A stretch of 64,000 nt of DNA from an uncultured Bacilli bacterium. GTDB taxonomy: Bacteria > Bacillota_I > Bacilli_A > RFN20 > CAG-826. The notes beneath the pieces were generated by a model that was given only the letters and a program-made list of their open reading frames with translations, was not told the origin of the DNA and searched no databases. Position numbers and translations under genes: made by a program. The stretch is taken from positions 5,394-69,393 of the forward strand of contig CALWAS010000019.1 in NCBI GenBank assembly GCA_944375905.1. The letters are read 5' to 3'. This document shows, in pieces, positions 16,954-28,130 of this stretch (position 1 is its first letter; each line of letters starts with the position of its first letter).

Positions 16954-18312
16954 ATGGAAAACACCCTCAGCGAACTAACGGCCCTATGGGGACGGGTTCT
17001 AAATCGAATCAAAGCCGAACTCGCGGACGACCCCCTCGTTTACGACAGCTTTTTCAAAGACTCCTACATCCATTCCCTCGACGGGAAGACGATCAATGTC
17101 GTCGTGAATTCCTCCCTAGCCGTCCAAATACTTCGCTCGCAGTACGAAAAAACGGTGCTCGGTGCGCTGGCCGATTGTACCGAAACCAACTTCGACGTCC
17201 ATTTCCTAAGCAAGGATCAGATATCGTCTTCTGCCGCGATAAAGCCCGCAAAACCCGCTTATTTTTCTGATTCTTACATAAATCCGAACTACACTTTCGA
17301 CAATTTCGTCGTCGGGGAAAGCAATCGCGAAGCCTACCAAGCGTCCCTCATGATCGCCCAGAACCCCGGCCACCTCTACAACCCGGTCCTGATCTTCGGC
17401 GAATCGGGGCTCGGCAAAACCCACCTCCTTCACGCCATCGGCAACAAAGTCAAAAGCAAGTACCCGGCAATGAAGGTGCTTTACATACACGCGCAGGAAT
17501 TCCTCAACGAATACGTTAAGTTCGTTTCCGGGGACATGGCCGGCATCTCCATATCGGACTGGTTCAAAAACGAGGTCGACTTCCTGCTCATCGACGATGT
17601 GCAGTTCCTTGCGAACAAGGAAAGGACCGAGGAGACTTTCTTCACCATTTACAACGACTTCTACAGCCGCGGGAAGCAAGTCGTCCTCACCTGCGACCAG
17701 CACCCAAGCAAGCTGAACGGACTCGACGAAAGGCTAAAGACGAGATTCGTCCAGGGGCTGCCGCTCTGCATAGCCCAGCCGGAACGCGAAACCTGCGAGC
17801 AGATCTTGCGAATGAGAATCAGGGCGAACGGCCTCAAGGAAAGCGATTTCGACCCCGAGGTCATCACCTTCTTCGCCAACACCTTCCACAAGAACGTTAG
17901 GGAACTCGAAGGGGCTTTCGACCGGTTGCTCTTCTTTGCCGTCCAAATGAACGGGTCCAACCACGTAACCCTAAAAATAGCTCAGACGGCCGTCTCTTCC
18001 CTGGTCGACGTCAAAGCGGCGACAGGCACGCTTTCCGCCGAGAAAGTAATCGACGCGGTGGCCGACTATTACGGCATACCCTCTTACCAGCTGACCGGCA
18101 AAATCAGGACGTCGCAGATCGCCTTGGCCCGGCACATCGCCATGTACCTCATACGCTCAAGGCTTGACGCCCCCTTTGCCAAAATCGGCTCTCTCTTCGG
18201 GGGACGCGACCACGCTACGGTGATGAACGGTGTAAACAAAGTGGAGAACTCGTTGAAAACGGACAAAGGTCTCCAAAAGGCGGTTTCCGACATTAATAAG
18301 AGATTGAAATAG
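16954..18312 (+). CDS. dnaA: chromosomal replication initiator DnaA
   Basis: 452 aa. AAA+ Walker A GESGLGKTHLLHAIGN and C-terminal DNA-binding domain (IALARHIAMYLIR ... HATV). Confidence 0.98.
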   Translation: MENTLSELTALWGRVLNRIKAELADDPLVYDSFFKDSYIHSLDGKTINVVVNSSLAVQILRSQYEKTVLGALADCTETNFDVHFLSKDQISSSAAIKPAKPAYFSDSYINPNYTFDNFVVGESNREAYQASLMIAQNPGHLYNPVLIFGESGLGKTHLLHAIGNKVKSKYPAMKVLYIHAQEFLNEYVKFVSGDMAGISISDWFKNEVDFLLIDDVQFLANKERTEETFFTIYNDFYSRGKQVVLTCDQHPSKLNGLDERLKTRFVQGLPLCIAQPERETCEQILRMRIRANGLKESDFDPEVITFFANTFHKNVRELEGAFDRLLFFAVQMNGSNHVTLKIAQTAVSSLVDVKAATGTLSAEKVIDAVADYYGIPSYQLTGKIRTSQIALARHIAMYLIRSRLDAPFAKIGSLFGGRDHATVMNGVNKVENSLKTDKGLQKAVSDINKRLK

Positions 18313-18396
18313 TCAGGAGCAATCGAATGAATCAGTTGCTAAAAGCTATGAATTCAGGCCTCGGACGCCGACGCGTTTCGCCGCTTGAAATAAGAC

Positions 18397-18448
18397 TTTT
18401 CCACCATTTCCACCGCCCTAATAATAATTAGTCGTATATATTTCCTAT
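18397..18448. other. candidate second oriC half: weak DnaA boxes, GC cluster, TAA trios, AT-rich unwinding region
   Basis: TTTTCCACC (18397-18405) and ATTTCCACC (18406-18414), then GCCC, then TAATAATAATTAGTCGTATATATTTCCTAT. Located in the dnaA-dnaN spacer, as in Bacillus. Confidence 0.4.
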
Positions 18449-18467
18449 CGGGAAAGGATGTATTGAT

Positions 18468-19589
18468 ATGCGCTTCACTATCGACAAAGAACAATTTCTG
18501 AAGGGTCTGCTCATCGCTTCGCACGGCATCGGAGCCAAATCGGTCCTTCCGGAGCTGCTGTGCTTCAAGCTCGAACTGACCGATGCCGGACTCGACATCG
18601 AGGCGAGCGGCAGCGACCTAACGATATGGACCCTCGTTCCAAGCAAAATCAACGGAACCGAAATCATCCGCAACGCCCAGCCTGGCGCGACCCTCATTTC
18701 GGCCCACGTCCTCACCGAAGTAATCCGGAAGATGGACGGAAAGGAAATCAGCCTCGAAGTCATAGACAATCGAATCGCCAAAATAGAAGACGGGACGGCT
18801 TCCTTTAAGCTGAACTGCATCTCGGCCGGGGAATACCCGGATATTTCAAACGACAAGAACGGCGTCGCCCTTGTCATGCCGTGCGCGGAACTCGCCAAGC
18901 TTTGCGAGCAGACGGCCTTTGCCGCCTTCGAGAAGGACACGAGGCCCATCCTTACCGCCATCAATCTATCGGCCCAAGGGGGAACCCTCACCGCCATCGC
19001 GACGAACTCCGCCCGCCTATCGAGGAAAGAGGTGTCGATCGATCCTTCGGTCCGCTTCGTTGCCAACGTCCCGGCCAAATCGCTCGTGGAAGTCACTCGC
19101 CTCTTTGAGGGGGCCGAGGAAGTCGAGATCGTGGTGGCCCCCAAGAAAATTCTCTTCTCCTTTGGAACCACCCTCGTTTCCAGCCGCGTATTCGAGGACG
19201 ATTACCCGGTAAATGGCTCGATCGTGCCCCAGAGCTTCAATTACTTCCTTTCCGTCAACGCGGCCCAGTTCCTCAACGCCATCGACCGCGTTTCGATTCT
19301 CTCCCGCGACCATGGGACGGTCGTTAAGCTTTCGATGGACGAGGATCGCGTCGAGGTCTCGTCTTCCGGCGATCAGACCGGCAGCGGCGTCGAGCGCCTC
19401 GCGGCCGTCCAGTACACCGGGAGCCGCCTCGACATCGCCTTCAACGCCCTCTTCGTCACGCAGGCAGTCAAGGCCGTCGGCAGCGAGGACGTAACCCTCT
19501 GCTTCACCGCCGAGATGAAGCCTTTCGTGGTCAAGAACCCGAACGACGAATCGATCGTCGAGCTGATCACGCCGATGCGCACCCGCTGA
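18468..19589 (+). CDS. dnaN: DNA polymerase III beta sliding clamp
   Basis: 373 aa. MRFTIDKEQFLKGL start and three-domain clamp length. Canonical position after dnaA. Confidence 0.97.
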   Translation: MRFTIDKEQFLKGLLIASHGIGAKSVLPELLCFKLELTDAGLDIEASGSDLTIWTLVPSKINGTEIIRNAQPGATLISAHVLTEVIRKMDGKEISLEVIDNRIAKIEDGTASFKLNCISAGEYPDISNDKNGVALVMPCAELAKLCEQTAFAAFEKDTRPILTAINLSAQGGTLTAIATNSARLSRKEVSIDPSVRFVANVPAKSLVEVTRLFEGAEEVEIVVAPKKILFSFGTTLVSSRVFEDDYPVNGSIVPQSFNYFLSVNAAQFLNAIDRVSILSRDHGTVVKLSMDEDRVEVSSSGDQTGSGVERLAAVQYTGSRLDIAFNALFVTQAVKAVGSEDVTLCFTAEMKPFVVKNPNDESIVELITPMRTR

Positions 19590-19610
19590 CCCGTTCTGAA
19601 AATGCCAGAA

Positions 19611-19637
19611 AGCGCCCTTAGGGGCGTTTTCTTTTTT
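19611..19637 (+). terminator. intrinsic terminator after dnaN
   Basis: AGCGCCC-TTAG-GGGCGT stem followed by TTTTCTTTTTT. Confidence 0.7.
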
Positions 19638-19661
19638 ACTACTATGTAGTAAACTTACCGC

Positions 19662-19901
19662 ATGGGAAAAACGCTTCCGACGCCGGTTTCGCTATCCACC
19701 CCCTACATCACCCTCGGGCAGCTTTTGAAGTATGCATCCGTGGTCGATGAAGGAAGCGAGGCAAAGCGCCTCATCGTGGCTGGGGAAGTCAAGGTGAACG
19801 GAGAGACCGAGACCCGGCGGGGGCGGAAGCTCCGTCCCGGCGACGCGGTCGAGGTACGGGGAAGGGTTTTTGCCCTAACGGCCGAAGATGAAGCTTCTTA
19901 G
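19662..19901 (+). CDS. yaaA: S4-domain RNA-binding protein YaaA
   Basis: 79 aa. LGQLLKYASVVDEGSEAKRLIVAGEVKVNGETETRRGRKLRPGD is S4-like. Conserved dnaN-yaaA-recF position. Confidence 0.8.
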   Translation: MGKTLPTPVSLSTPYITLGQLLKYASVVDEGSEAKRLIVAGEVKVNGETETRRGRKLRPGDAVEVRGRVFALTAEDEAS

Positions 19902-20949
19902 GCTTTCGCTCCGCTCCTTCCGGAACTACGACGAATGCCGGATCGAGCCGGGCGAGGGCGTGAACCTTTTTCTCGGCGAAAACGGGAGCGGAAAGACGAA
20001 CCTCGCCGAAGCCGTCTACTGCCTCTCGCTTGGGCGCGGCTGGCGAAGCCCCGACATTGCCCCGCTCATCAAGGACGGAGCCAAGGAGGCCCTCGTCGAG
20101 GCGAGAGTCGAGTCGCGCGGGCTGACGCACGACATCGAACTGCGCTTCATGAAAAAGGGCCGCCAAGCGAAAATCGACGGCCACCCGGTCAGGAAGCTCT
20201 CCGAGCTATCGAGCCTCGTCTCCGTCGTCTCCTACGCTCCGGAGGACGCCCTCTTCTACAAAGGCCCTCCCGGCGTCAGGCGCGCCTTCCTCGACCTCGC
20301 CATCTCCAAGGCCGACGAAGGCTACTTCCGCTTGGCAAAGACGCACCATAAGCTCCTCGAGGAACGAAACGCGTTGCTGAAGGGCGAGACGGTCGACCGG
20401 CTGGCCCTGGAAGTGCTGACCGAGCGACTCGTGATGTGCGAGGCCCCAATCGACGAGGCGCGCAAGAAGTTCCTCTCCCTACTCGAGCATCGGGTGTCGG
20501 GTTTGCTGAGCGAGCTCAAGGGCGAGGAGATGGAGGCGAGAATCGACTACCGGCCGTTCTTGAAAAGCGACGACCCGATCCCCGAGGCGAGGGCGCTCTA
20601 CGCAAGGGCGCTCGCGACCGACCTCGAGAGAAGGACGACGACGGTCGGCACCCATCGCGAGGACTTCGCCCTCCTCGAGGACGGGAAGTCGGTCGGGGCC
20701 TACGGCTCCCAAGGCGAAAATCGCCTCGCCTCGATAGCCACCAAGCTGGCGCCGGCCATGATGGCGGGCAAAGAAGGCTCGATTGTCATTCTCGACGACG
20801 CTTGGAGCGAACTCGACGAGAAGCGGGGCGAGAATCTCAAGGCCCTCCTACCTAGGCTTGGGCAATGCTTCGTTACGGCGACGTCATTCGACTACGAAGG
20901 CGCACGCCGGTTCGATATCGGCCGCGGGACCGCGGCCACGGAGGAATGA
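19888..20949 (+). CDS. recF: DNA replication/repair protein RecF
   Basis: 353 aa. Walker [16 protein letters not shown] and signature SQGENRL. 14-nt overlap with yaaA. Confidence 0.95.
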   Translation: MKLLRLSLRSFRNYDECRIEPGEGVNLFLGENGSGKTNLAEAVYCLSLGRGWRSPDIAPLIKDGAKEALVEARVESRGLTHDIELRFMKKGRQAKIDGHPVRKLSELSSLVSVVSYAPEDALFYKGPPGVRRAFLDLAISKADEGYFRLAKTHHKLLEERNALLKGETVDRLALEVLTERLVMCEAPIDEARKKFLSLLEHRVSGLLSELKGEEMEARIDYRPFLKSDDPIPEARALYARALATDLERRTTTVGTHREDFALLEDGKSVGAYGSQGENRLASIATKLAPAMMAGKEGSIVILDDAWSELDEKRGENLKALLPRLGQCFVTATSFDYEGARRFDIGRGTAATEE

Positions 20950-20950
20950 A

Positions 20951-22990
20951 ATGGCAGACGAAGAAAAGAAAGCGGTCGAAGCGATCCCCGAGGAAGATCG
21001 TTTCGTCTACCGGGAGGTCTCTAGCGACAACGAGACGGTCATTGAAAAGGCCGACTCGAAATACACCGCCGAGAACATTCAGGTTCTCGAGGGCCTCGAG
21101 GCCGTCAGGAAGCGGCCTGGCATGTACATCGGAACGACGGCTGCTGCCGGTCTCCACCACCTCGTCTGGGAGATCGTCGACAACGCCATCGACGAGGCGC
21201 TTGCCGGCTACTGCCGCCACATCGAGGTGACGATCAACCCCGGCAACTCGGTTACCGTCCAGGACGATGGCCGCGGCATCCCGGTCGACAAGGTGGCCAA
21301 AAGCGGCCTATCCGGCGTCGAGACGGCTTACACCATGCTTCACGCCGGCGGCAAATTCGGGGAGGGCGGCGGATACAAGGTTTCCGGCGGCCTCCACGGC
21401 GTCGGCGCCTCGGTCGTCAACGCCCTTTCGCTTTGGTGCGAAGTAACCGTCCATAAAGACGGCGGCATCTACTTCGTTCGCTTTGAAGACGGCGGCAAGA
21501 TAAAAGAGCACCTCAAGCGGATCGGCGACTGCTCCGATTCCGGAACCAAGGTAACCTTCCTTCCCGATCCTTCGGTCTTCACCGAAACGACCATCTTCAA
21601 TTACGAAACCATCAAGAACCACCTCCGCCAGATGGCCTTCCTCAACGGCGGGGTCAAGATCACCATCACCGACGCGAGGGAAGACGAGCCCAAGACCGAG
21701 TCGTTCCTCTTCGACGGCGGCATCAAGGAATACGTTTCCTTCATCAATACCGGCAAACTTCCGATCAATCAGGACGTGATCTACTGCTCGGGCGCCGAGG
21801 AAGTCACCCTCCTCGACGGGACGAACGAACGGATTTACGCCGAAATCGCGATGCAGTGGACCGACCATTACAACAGCGACGGCGTCTATTCCTTCTGCAA
21901 CAACATATCGACGAAGGAGGGCGGCACCCACGTCGAAGGCTTCAACATGGCCCTCAACCGGACGATCAACGATTATGCCCGCTCCTTCAAGCTCCTCGAC
22001 GACAAATCGCCGAATTTCACGACGGACGATTGCCGCGAGGGCCTTACCTGCGTCATTTCGGTCAAGCACCCGAACCCGCAATACGAAGGCCAGACCAAGA
22101 CCAAGCTCGGCAATAGCGAAGTCCGCAAGATCGTCTCGACGATCGTCGGCCAGCAGCTGAAGCAATATCTCCTCGAGCATCCGGATGCCGCCAAAGCCAT
22201 CGTCGAAAAGGTCAAGACGGCCGCCAAGGGACGGCTCGCCGCCCAAGCGGCCAGGGAGACGATCAGGAAGACGTCGCTAGGCGTCACCACCCTCCCCGGC
22301 AAGTTGGCCGATTGCTCGAGCAAGAACCCGGAAGAGTGCGAGCTCTACATCGTCGAGGGCGATTCGGCCGGCGGCTCGGCCAAGACCGGCCGCGACCGCA
22401 AGACCCAGGCCATCCTTCCGCTCCGCGGCAAGATCCTCAACGTCGAGAAAGCCCGCGAGGACCGCATCTTCAAAAACGGGGAAATCGGCAACATGATCAC
22501 CGCGATCGGAGCCGGGATCCGCGACAACTTCGACGTCAGCAAGATCCGCTATCACAAGATCGTCATCATGACCGATGCCGATGTCGACGGCGACCACATC
22601 CGCATTCTCTTGCTCACCTTCTTCTACCGCTTCATGAAGCCGCTTCTCGAGGGCGGATATGTCTACATTGCCCAACCGCCGCTATACAAGGTCGAGGTTC
22701 GCGGCAACGCCTACTACGCCTACAACGACGATCAGCTCGAAGAGCTCAAGAAGGCTCTTGATTTGAAGCCCGGATACCCGTTCCAACGCTACAAGGGCCT
22801 TGGCGAAATGGATGCCCAACAGCTTTGGGAAACGACCATGGATCCGGCCGTCAGGAAGATGATCCGCATCACGATCGACGACGCCGCCAGGGCGGAGAAG
22901 GCCTTTTCCGACCTCATGGGCGACGAAGTCGAGCCGCGCAAGCAGTTCATCTCGAAGAACGCGAAGTTCGTCCAGAACCTCGACATATAA
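20951..22990 (+). CDS. gyrB: DNA gyrase subunit B
   Basis: The internal ATG at 20951 ([10 protein letters not shown]), 1 nt after the recF stop, is preferred over the ORF-track start at 20783. GHKL ATPase ([21 protein letters not shown]), [23 protein letters not shown]. Confidence 0.97.
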   Translation: MADEEKKAVEAIPEEDRFVYREVSSDNETVIEKADSKYTAENIQVLEGLEAVRKRPGMYIGTTAAAGLHHLVWEIVDNAIDEALAGYCRHIEVTINPGNSVTVQDDGRGIPVDKVAKSGLSGVETAYTMLHAGGKFGEGGGYKVSGGLHGVGASVVNALSLWCEVTVHKDGGIYFVRFEDGGKIKEHLKRIGDCSDSGTKVTFLPDPSVFTETTIFNYETIKNHLRQMAFLNGGVKITITDAREDEPKTESFLFDGGIKEYVSFINTGKLPINQDVIYCSGAEEVTLLDGTNERIYAEIAMQWTDHYNSDGVYSFCNNISTKEGGTHVEGFNMALNRTINDYARSFKLLDDKSPNFTTDDCREGLTCVISVKHPNPQYEGQTKTKLGNSEVRKIVSTIVGQQLKQYLLEHPDAAKAIVEKVKTAAKGRLAAQAARETIRKTSLGVTTLPGKLADCSSKNPEECELYIVEGDSAGGSAKTGRDRKTQAILPLRGKILNVEKAREDRIFKNGEIGNMITAIGAGIRDNFDVSKIRYHKIVIMTDADVDGDHIRILLLTFFYRFMKPLLEGGYVYIAQPPLYKVEVRGNAYYAYNDDQLEELKKALDLKPGYPFQRYKGLGEMDAQQLWETTMDPAVRKMIRITIDDAARAEKAFSDLMGDEVEPRKQFISKNAKFVQNLDI

Positions 22991-23004
22991 GGGGGTAGCC
23001 ACTA

Positions 23005-25638
23005 ATGGATAACGAAGAAAAGAAAGACCTTCCGGAAGGAGTCCAGGCTGGAATCGCTTCCGGATTGACCGAGCGCGAAATCACCGAGGAAGTTGAAACC
23101 GCCTTCCTTTCCTACGCGATGTCGGTCATCGAGGCCCGGGCCATTCCCGATGTGAGGGACGGTCTCAAGCCCGTTCAGCGCCGTGTCATCTACGGCATGA
23201 ACGAGGCCGGGATGCAGCCTGGGAAGCCATACAAGAAATCGGCGCGTATCGTCGGCGACGTCATGGGCAAATACCACCCGCACGGCGATAGCGCCATCTA
23301 CATGACCCTCGTCCGCCTCGCCCAGCCTTTCTCGATGAGGTACACCCTCGTCGACGGACACGGCAACTTCGGCTCGGTCGACGGCGATGCCCCGGCCGCC
23401 ATGCGTTATACCGAGGCGAGGATGAACCGCCTCTCGGTCGAAATGGTCCGCGATCTCGACAAGGACACGGTCGATTTCGTCTCGAACTACGATGGCACCG
23501 AAAAGGAGCCTAGCGTCCTTCCTTCCCGCTTCCCGAACCTCGTCGTGAACGGCTCGGAAGGCATTGCCGTCGGCATGGCGACCAACATGCCGCCCCACAA
23601 CCTTTCCGAGGCGATCGACGCGGTCGTGGCCCTTGCCAAGAACCCCGATCTCACCCCGCTTGAGCTGATGCAGAATTACATCCACGGCCCGGATTTCCCG
23701 ACCGGTGGCGTCATTCTCGGCCGGCAAGGCATTCTCGATTACTTCGAGAAGGGGACCGGGTCGGTTACCATCCGTTCCAAATTCGAAATCGAGGAAGAGA
23801 GCGCCGGGCGCTCGCGGATCATCGTCAGCGAGATTCCTTACCAGGTCAACAAATCGGCCATGATCGAGAACATGGCCAATCTCGTCCGCGACAAGGTAAT
23901 CGACGGGATTTCGGACATCCGCGACGAGTCGAACAAGGAAGGCATCAGGGTCGTCATCGAGGTCAAGCGCGATTTCATGCCGGAAGTCGTGGCCAACAAC
24001 CTCCTCAAGCACACCCAACTCCAGATCAACTTCGGGGTCATCAACCTTTGCCTTGTCGACGGCGAGCCGAAGATCCTCCCGATGAAGGAACTCCTATCCA
24101 ATTACATCAGGTTCCAGATTGAGGTTTTGACGCGCCGGACCAAGTTCCTCCTCAAGCGCGACAGCGACCGCGACCACATCGTCCAGGGATTGATCCTTGC
24201 CCACGACAACATCGACGAAGTCATCCACATCATCCGCGACAGCAAAAACGACGAGGAGTCGACTTCCCGCCTCCACGAGCGCTTCGGCCTAAGCGAAGCC
24301 CAGACGGCTGCCATCCTCGCGATGACCCTCCGCCGCCTTCAAGGGCTCGAGCAGGAGAAGCTGCGCGCCGAGCACGCCGAGCTAGAGAAGAACATCGCCG
24401 AGTACAACCGCCTCCTTTCGAGCGAGGACAACATCAGGGAACTGATGGTCGAGGAACTCCTCGAGGTCAAATCGCGCTTCGGCGACAAGCGGCTGACCGA
24501 GATTTCCGACGAGGCGGCCAACATCGACAACGAAGACCTGCTGCCTCAGGAAGACATCGTCATCGTCCTTACCAAGAACGGATACCTCAAGCGGATGAAC
24601 GACCATTCGTTCCGTACCCAGAACCGCGGAGGACGCGGGGTGAGGGGCATCTCGACGACGGCCGGCGACATGGTCTCGATCATGCTCCACGCCAAAACGC
24701 ATACCGACATTCTCTTCTTCTCGAGCTATGGGATCGTCTACCGCCTTCGCGGCTACATGATCCCGGACGGAAGCAGGGACGGGAAAGGCATACCGGCGAT
24801 CAACCTTCTCAACCTCGAACAGGAGGAGAAGATCGTCTCGATCGTGCCGTGCGACGATTATCCGGAAGGCGACTACCTCTTCTTCGCGACCGTCCAAGGC
24901 ATCGTGAAGCGGACCGCCCTTAGCGAATTCGCTTCCATCCATCAAAACGGCAAGCGGGCCCTTTCGCTCAAAGAGGGCGATGCCTTGCTCGACGTGAAGC
25001 GGACCGACGGAACGGCCATCGTTTCCCTTGCTTCGAGCAACGGCAAAGTCTGCTCTTTCTTTGAAAGCGATGTCAGGGCGATGGGGCGCTCGGCCGCTGG
25101 CGTCAAGGGCATGGACCTTTCCGACGGCAGCTCCCTCGTCGATGTCACCACTTCGATGGAAGGCGACAAGATCCTCGTCCTCACCGACAAGGGCTTCGGC
25201 AAGATCTCGTATTGCAAGGATACCGACGTCACGATGGAGGACGGGAGCACCCGCCATTACGACGGCTACCGCCTTACCAGCCGGGGAGCCAAGGGCGTCC
25301 TGTCGCTCAAGATGACGCCGAAGACCGGCGCGCTTACGGCGATGAGGGCCGTGCACGGCGACGAAGACCTCATGGTCATCTCGACGCACGGAATCGTCAT
25401 CCGGATGCCGCTCGAGCAGGTGAAGGTCGCTGGGCGCAACACGCAGGGCGTCAAGATAATCGCCCTCGATCCGCGTCAGAAGGTGGCTTCCCTCGCCATC
25501 GTCCCGCACGTCGAAGAAAGCGCGGCGGAGGAGGAGGCGGAACCGGAAGAGGTCAATCCTGCGCTCGTCGGGGAAGACGAGGGCAAGAAGGACGAGCCGG
25601 TTCACGTCCCGACCAAAGAGGAAATCGAGGGCGAGTAA
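23005..25638 (+). CDS. gyrA: DNA gyrase subunit A
   Basis: 877 aa. Catalytic-Tyr region [14 protein letters not shown]-like [16 protein letters not shown], beta-pinwheel CTD, acidic E-rich tail. Confidence 0.97.
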   Translation: MDNEEKKDLPEGVQAGIASGLTEREITEEVETAFLSYAMSVIEARAIPDVRDGLKPVQRRVIYGMNEAGMQPGKPYKKSARIVGDVMGKYHPHGDSAIYMTLVRLAQPFSMRYTLVDGHGNFGSVDGDAPAAMRYTEARMNRLSVEMVRDLDKDTVDFVSNYDGTEKEPSVLPSRFPNLVVNGSEGIAVGMATNMPPHNLSEAIDAVVALAKNPDLTPLELMQNYIHGPDFPTGGVILGRQGILDYFEKGTGSVTIRSKFEIEEESAGRSRIIVSEIPYQVNKSAMIENMANLVRDKVIDGISDIRDESNKEGIRVVIEVKRDFMPEVVANNLLKHTQLQINFGVINLCLVDGEPKILPMKELLSNYIRFQIEVLTRRTKFLLKRDSDRDHIVQGLILAHDNIDEVIHIIRDSKNDEESTSRLHERFGLSEAQTAAILAMTLRRLQGLEQEKLRAEHAELEKNIAEYNRLLSSEDNIRELMVEELLEVKSRFGDKRLTEISDEAANIDNEDLLPQEDIVIVLTKNGYLKRMNDHSFRTQNRGGRGVRGISTTAGDMVSIMLHAKTHTDILFFSSYGIVYRLRGYMIPDGSRDGKGIPAINLLNLEQEEKIVSIVPCDDYPEGDYLFFATVQGIVKRTALSEFASIHQNGKRALSLKEGDALLDVKRTDGTAIVSLASSNGKVCSFFESDVRAMGRSAAGVKGMDLSDGSSLVDVTTSMEGDKILVLTDKGFGKISYCKDTDVTMEDGSTRHYDGYRLTSRGAKGVLSLKMTPKTGALTAMRAVHGDEDLMVISTHGIVIRMPLEQVKVAGRNTQGVKIIALDPRQKVASLAIVPHVEESAAEEEAEPEEVNPALVGEDEGKKDEPVHVPTKEEIEGE

Positions 25639-25641
25639 AGG

Positions 25642-26652
25642 GTGAAGGTCCTTATCGACTACGATCCGAGCCCGAGGGCCGACCGCTTCTTGGGGACTCG
25701 GCTTCGCAAGAACATCAAGGGCGCCCTCGAACTCGTCGGCACCTCGTGGGTCGAGTCGATGTTCGCCGGCCCGGACATCGTCCACCTTCTTTCTCCCGAC
25801 GACGAGGCGAGGGCCCATGACGCTCGGGAAGAAGGGGCTGCCCTCGTCGTGAGCGCCCTATACGCGGAAGACGACCCGACGGCCCGCTTCACGGTTCTTT
25901 CGGGAGACGGCACCCGCTCGCTAAAATCGAAGTCGGAGCGCCTTCTCTCGGAGGCCGACGCCGTCCTCGTTCCGAGCGAGGCGGCCCGGGCCGCCCTCGT
26001 TTCCCTTGGGATCGAGGAGGGGAAGATCAACGTCGTCACCCCAGGCGTCAACCTCGCGAGATTCGACCCTCGCAGCGACGTCGAGAAGATCATCTTCCGC
26101 CGCTACTTCAGGCTTAGCGAGGCTCAGCCTTATTGCCTCTCGGTCGGAACCATCGACGACGAGGACAAGATCGAGGCCCTTTCCAAAATCGCGGCACTCG
26201 TGCCTTCGGTTCATTTCTATTACCTGGGAGCTGCCGGGAAAACGCCCGCAAAAGCCTCTTATCTTCATAGAAAAGAGAAAAAGCTGCCGCATAATCTGTT
26301 CCTCACGCCGCTAATCGAGGACGATGTCTATCGCTCTGGGATGATCGGCGCGCGGGCCTACATAAGCTTCTCTTCCCTTTCGAGCGACGAGATCGTGGTC
26401 CTCGAGGCCTTTGCCTCCAAGACCCCGGTCCTCGCCCTCGGCCGGCCCTACTGGTCGAACGGGTTGCTCGAGAGCAAGTCCTATCGCTGTTTCCAAAGCA
26501 TCGAAAGGCTCGCCAAAGGCATCGAAACGCTCTCCCTCGAGAAAAAGCCGACGGGTATAATCGAGGGGTACCGCCTCGCCCGCTCGCGATCGCTCAAAGA
26601 GCTCGGGAGGGAACTGATGGGGATCTACGGACGCGTATTGCCCCGCCCCTAG
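25642..26652 (+). CDS. glycosyltransferase family 4-like (GT-B fold)
   Basis: 336 aa with a GTG start 3 nt after the gyrA stop. ADAVLVPSEAARAAL ... VVTPGVNLARF and EIVVLEAFASKTPVLA resemble GT4 C-terminal domain motifs. Confidence 0.7.
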   Translation: MKVLIDYDPSPRADRFLGTRLRKNIKGALELVGTSWVESMFAGPDIVHLLSPDDEARAHDAREEGAALVVSALYAEDDPTARFTVLSGDGTRSLKSKSERLLSEADAVLVPSEAARAALVSLGIEEGKINVVTPGVNLARFDPRSDVEKIIFRRYFRLSEAQPYCLSVGTIDDEDKIEALSKIAALVPSVHFYYLGAAGKTPAKASYLHRKEKKLPHNLFLTPLIEDDVYRSGMIGARAYISFSSLSSDEIVVLEAFASKTPVLALGRPYWSNGLLESKSYRCFQSIERLAKGIETLSLEKKPTGIIEGYRLARSRSLKELGRELMGIYGRVLPRP

Positions 26653-26667
26653 AAAGAAGGTCAAAAG

Positions 26668-27948
26668 ATGATTGACATCCATTACATCGAAGAACATCCG
26701 GAAGAGGTAAGGGAACGGCTGAAGAAGAAAAACTGGGATTTCGATCCGAAGCCCGTTCTCGACTTGATCGAGGAAAGGAGGTCGCTCCGTCACGAAGTCG
26801 AGGCGGCCAAAGCCGAACAGAACCGCCTTTCGGGACTTGTTCCGGCCAAGAAAAAAGCCGGAGAAGACGTCCGCCCGATCTTTGAGGAAGTAAAGAAGAT
26901 CGGCGCCGAAAACAAAGCCAAGGAAGAACGCCTCAAGGAAGTCGAGGACGGCATCAAGGCCCTCGTCGAAGTGCTCCCCAACCTCCCCGATCCCGACCTC
27001 GCCCCGGGCGGCAAGGAAGACAACGAGCCGATTTACAAATGGGGAACCCCCCGCAAGTTCGACCCGAAGACGATGAAAGACCACGTCGAGCTCGCGGAAT
27101 CGCTCGGCCTCATCGATTACAAGCGGGCCGCGAAGGTTTCCGGAAGCGGAACCTGGATCTACACGGGTCTCGGCGCCCGCCTGGAATGGGCGCTCATCAA
27201 TTATTTCGTCGCCAATCACCTCGCCGACGGCTACGAGATGATCCTCCCGCCGCACATCCTCAATTACGAAAGCGGATATACGGCCGGACAGTTCCCGAAG
27301 TTTCAGGACGAAGTGTTCTGGCTTCAGGGGATGGAACCCCGCAAGTTCATCCTCCCGACCGCCGAGACGGCTCTCGTGAACCTCTATCGGAACGAGATTC
27401 TTTCCTATAAGGATCTGCCGAAGAAGTTCTTCGCCTACACCCCCTGCTACCGCAAGGAGGCCGGCAGCTACCGGACCGAGGAACGCGGAATGATCAGGGG
27501 ATACCAATTCAACAAGGTCGAGATGGTCCAATACACGACCGACGACGGAAGCGACGCCGCCTTCGAGGAACTCGTGAAGAAAGCCCAGCGCCTCATCGAG
27601 GGCCTCGGACTTGCCTATCAGGTCGACAAACTCGCGGCTGCCGATTGCTCCCATTCGATGGCGAGGACCTACGACATCGAGGTCTACATTCCGTCGATGG
27701 GCATATACAAGGAAGTGTCCTCCGTTTCCAATGCCCGCGACTATCAAGCCCGCCGCGGCATGATCCGTTACAAAGACGAAGCCGGCAAAACCCACTTCTG
27801 CCACACCTTGAACGGGTCGGGCCTCGCGACTTCGCGTGTCTTCCCGGCCCTCCTCGAGGAGAATCAGCAACCCGATGGATCGGTCGTGATCCCGGAAGTC
27901 CTCCGTCCGTTCATGGGCGGGGTCAGCAAGATCGAGCCGAAGAAGTGA
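26668..27948 (+). CDS. serS: seryl-tRNA synthetase
   Basis: 426 aa. N-terminal coiled-coil arm and class II core (PTAETALVNLY, CYRKEAGS, GSGLATSRV). Confidence 0.97.
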   Translation: MIDIHYIEEHPEEVRERLKKKNWDFDPKPVLDLIEERRSLRHEVEAAKAEQNRLSGLVPAKKKAGEDVRPIFEEVKKIGAENKAKEERLKEVEDGIKALVEVLPNLPDPDLAPGGKEDNEPIYKWGTPRKFDPKTMKDHVELAESLGLIDYKRAAKVSGSGTWIYTGLGARLEWALINYFVANHLADGYEMILPPHILNYESGYTAGQFPKFQDEVFWLQGMEPRKFILPTAETALVNLYRNEILSYKDLPKKFFAYTPCYRKEAGSYRTEERGMIRGYQFNKVEMVQYTTDDGSDAAFEELVKKAQRLIEGLGLAYQVDKLAAADCSHSMARTYDIEVYIPSMGIYKEVSSVSNARDYQARRGMIRYKDEAGKTHFCHTLNGSGLATSRVFPALLEENQQPDGSVVIPEVLRPFMGGVSKIEPKK

Positions 27949-27955
27949 AAGCAAA

Positions 27956-27999
27956 AGACCGCCGCAGCTCCCAAACGAGGGGATGGGCGGTCTTTTTTT
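27956..27999 (+). terminator. intrinsic terminator after serS
   Basis: AGACCGCC ... GGCGGTCT stem with an inner CTCCC/GGGGA pairing, followed by a 7-T run. Confidence 0.7.
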
Positions 28000-28130
28000 C
28001 TGTCTTCCGAAGCAATGCACGATCGGCAGCTGGGAGCAGGTAAGACAATTGTAACATAAAAGTTTGTTTTCACAACCAACCTTTGTCTTTCCTTTTAGGT
28101 GGGCTTTTCCTTCTTTCGGCGTATAATGCC

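Noticed and set aside
23002-25818. 338-aa and 478-aa minus-strand ORFs antisense to gyrA and the GT4 gene
   Set aside because: Shadow ORFs of high-GC3 genes with no recognisable domains. The sense-strand proteins are unambiguous.
26653-26667. T-box leaders upstream of serS (and of metG at 43624-43707)
   Set aside because: The intergenic spaces are 15 nt and 84 nt, too short for a ~200-nt T-box, and no specifier or T-box sequence is visible.
26311-28020. 569-aa minus-strand ORF antisense to serS
   Set aside because: Same codon-aligned shadow effect. serS has clear class II synthetase motifs, while the antisense product has none.
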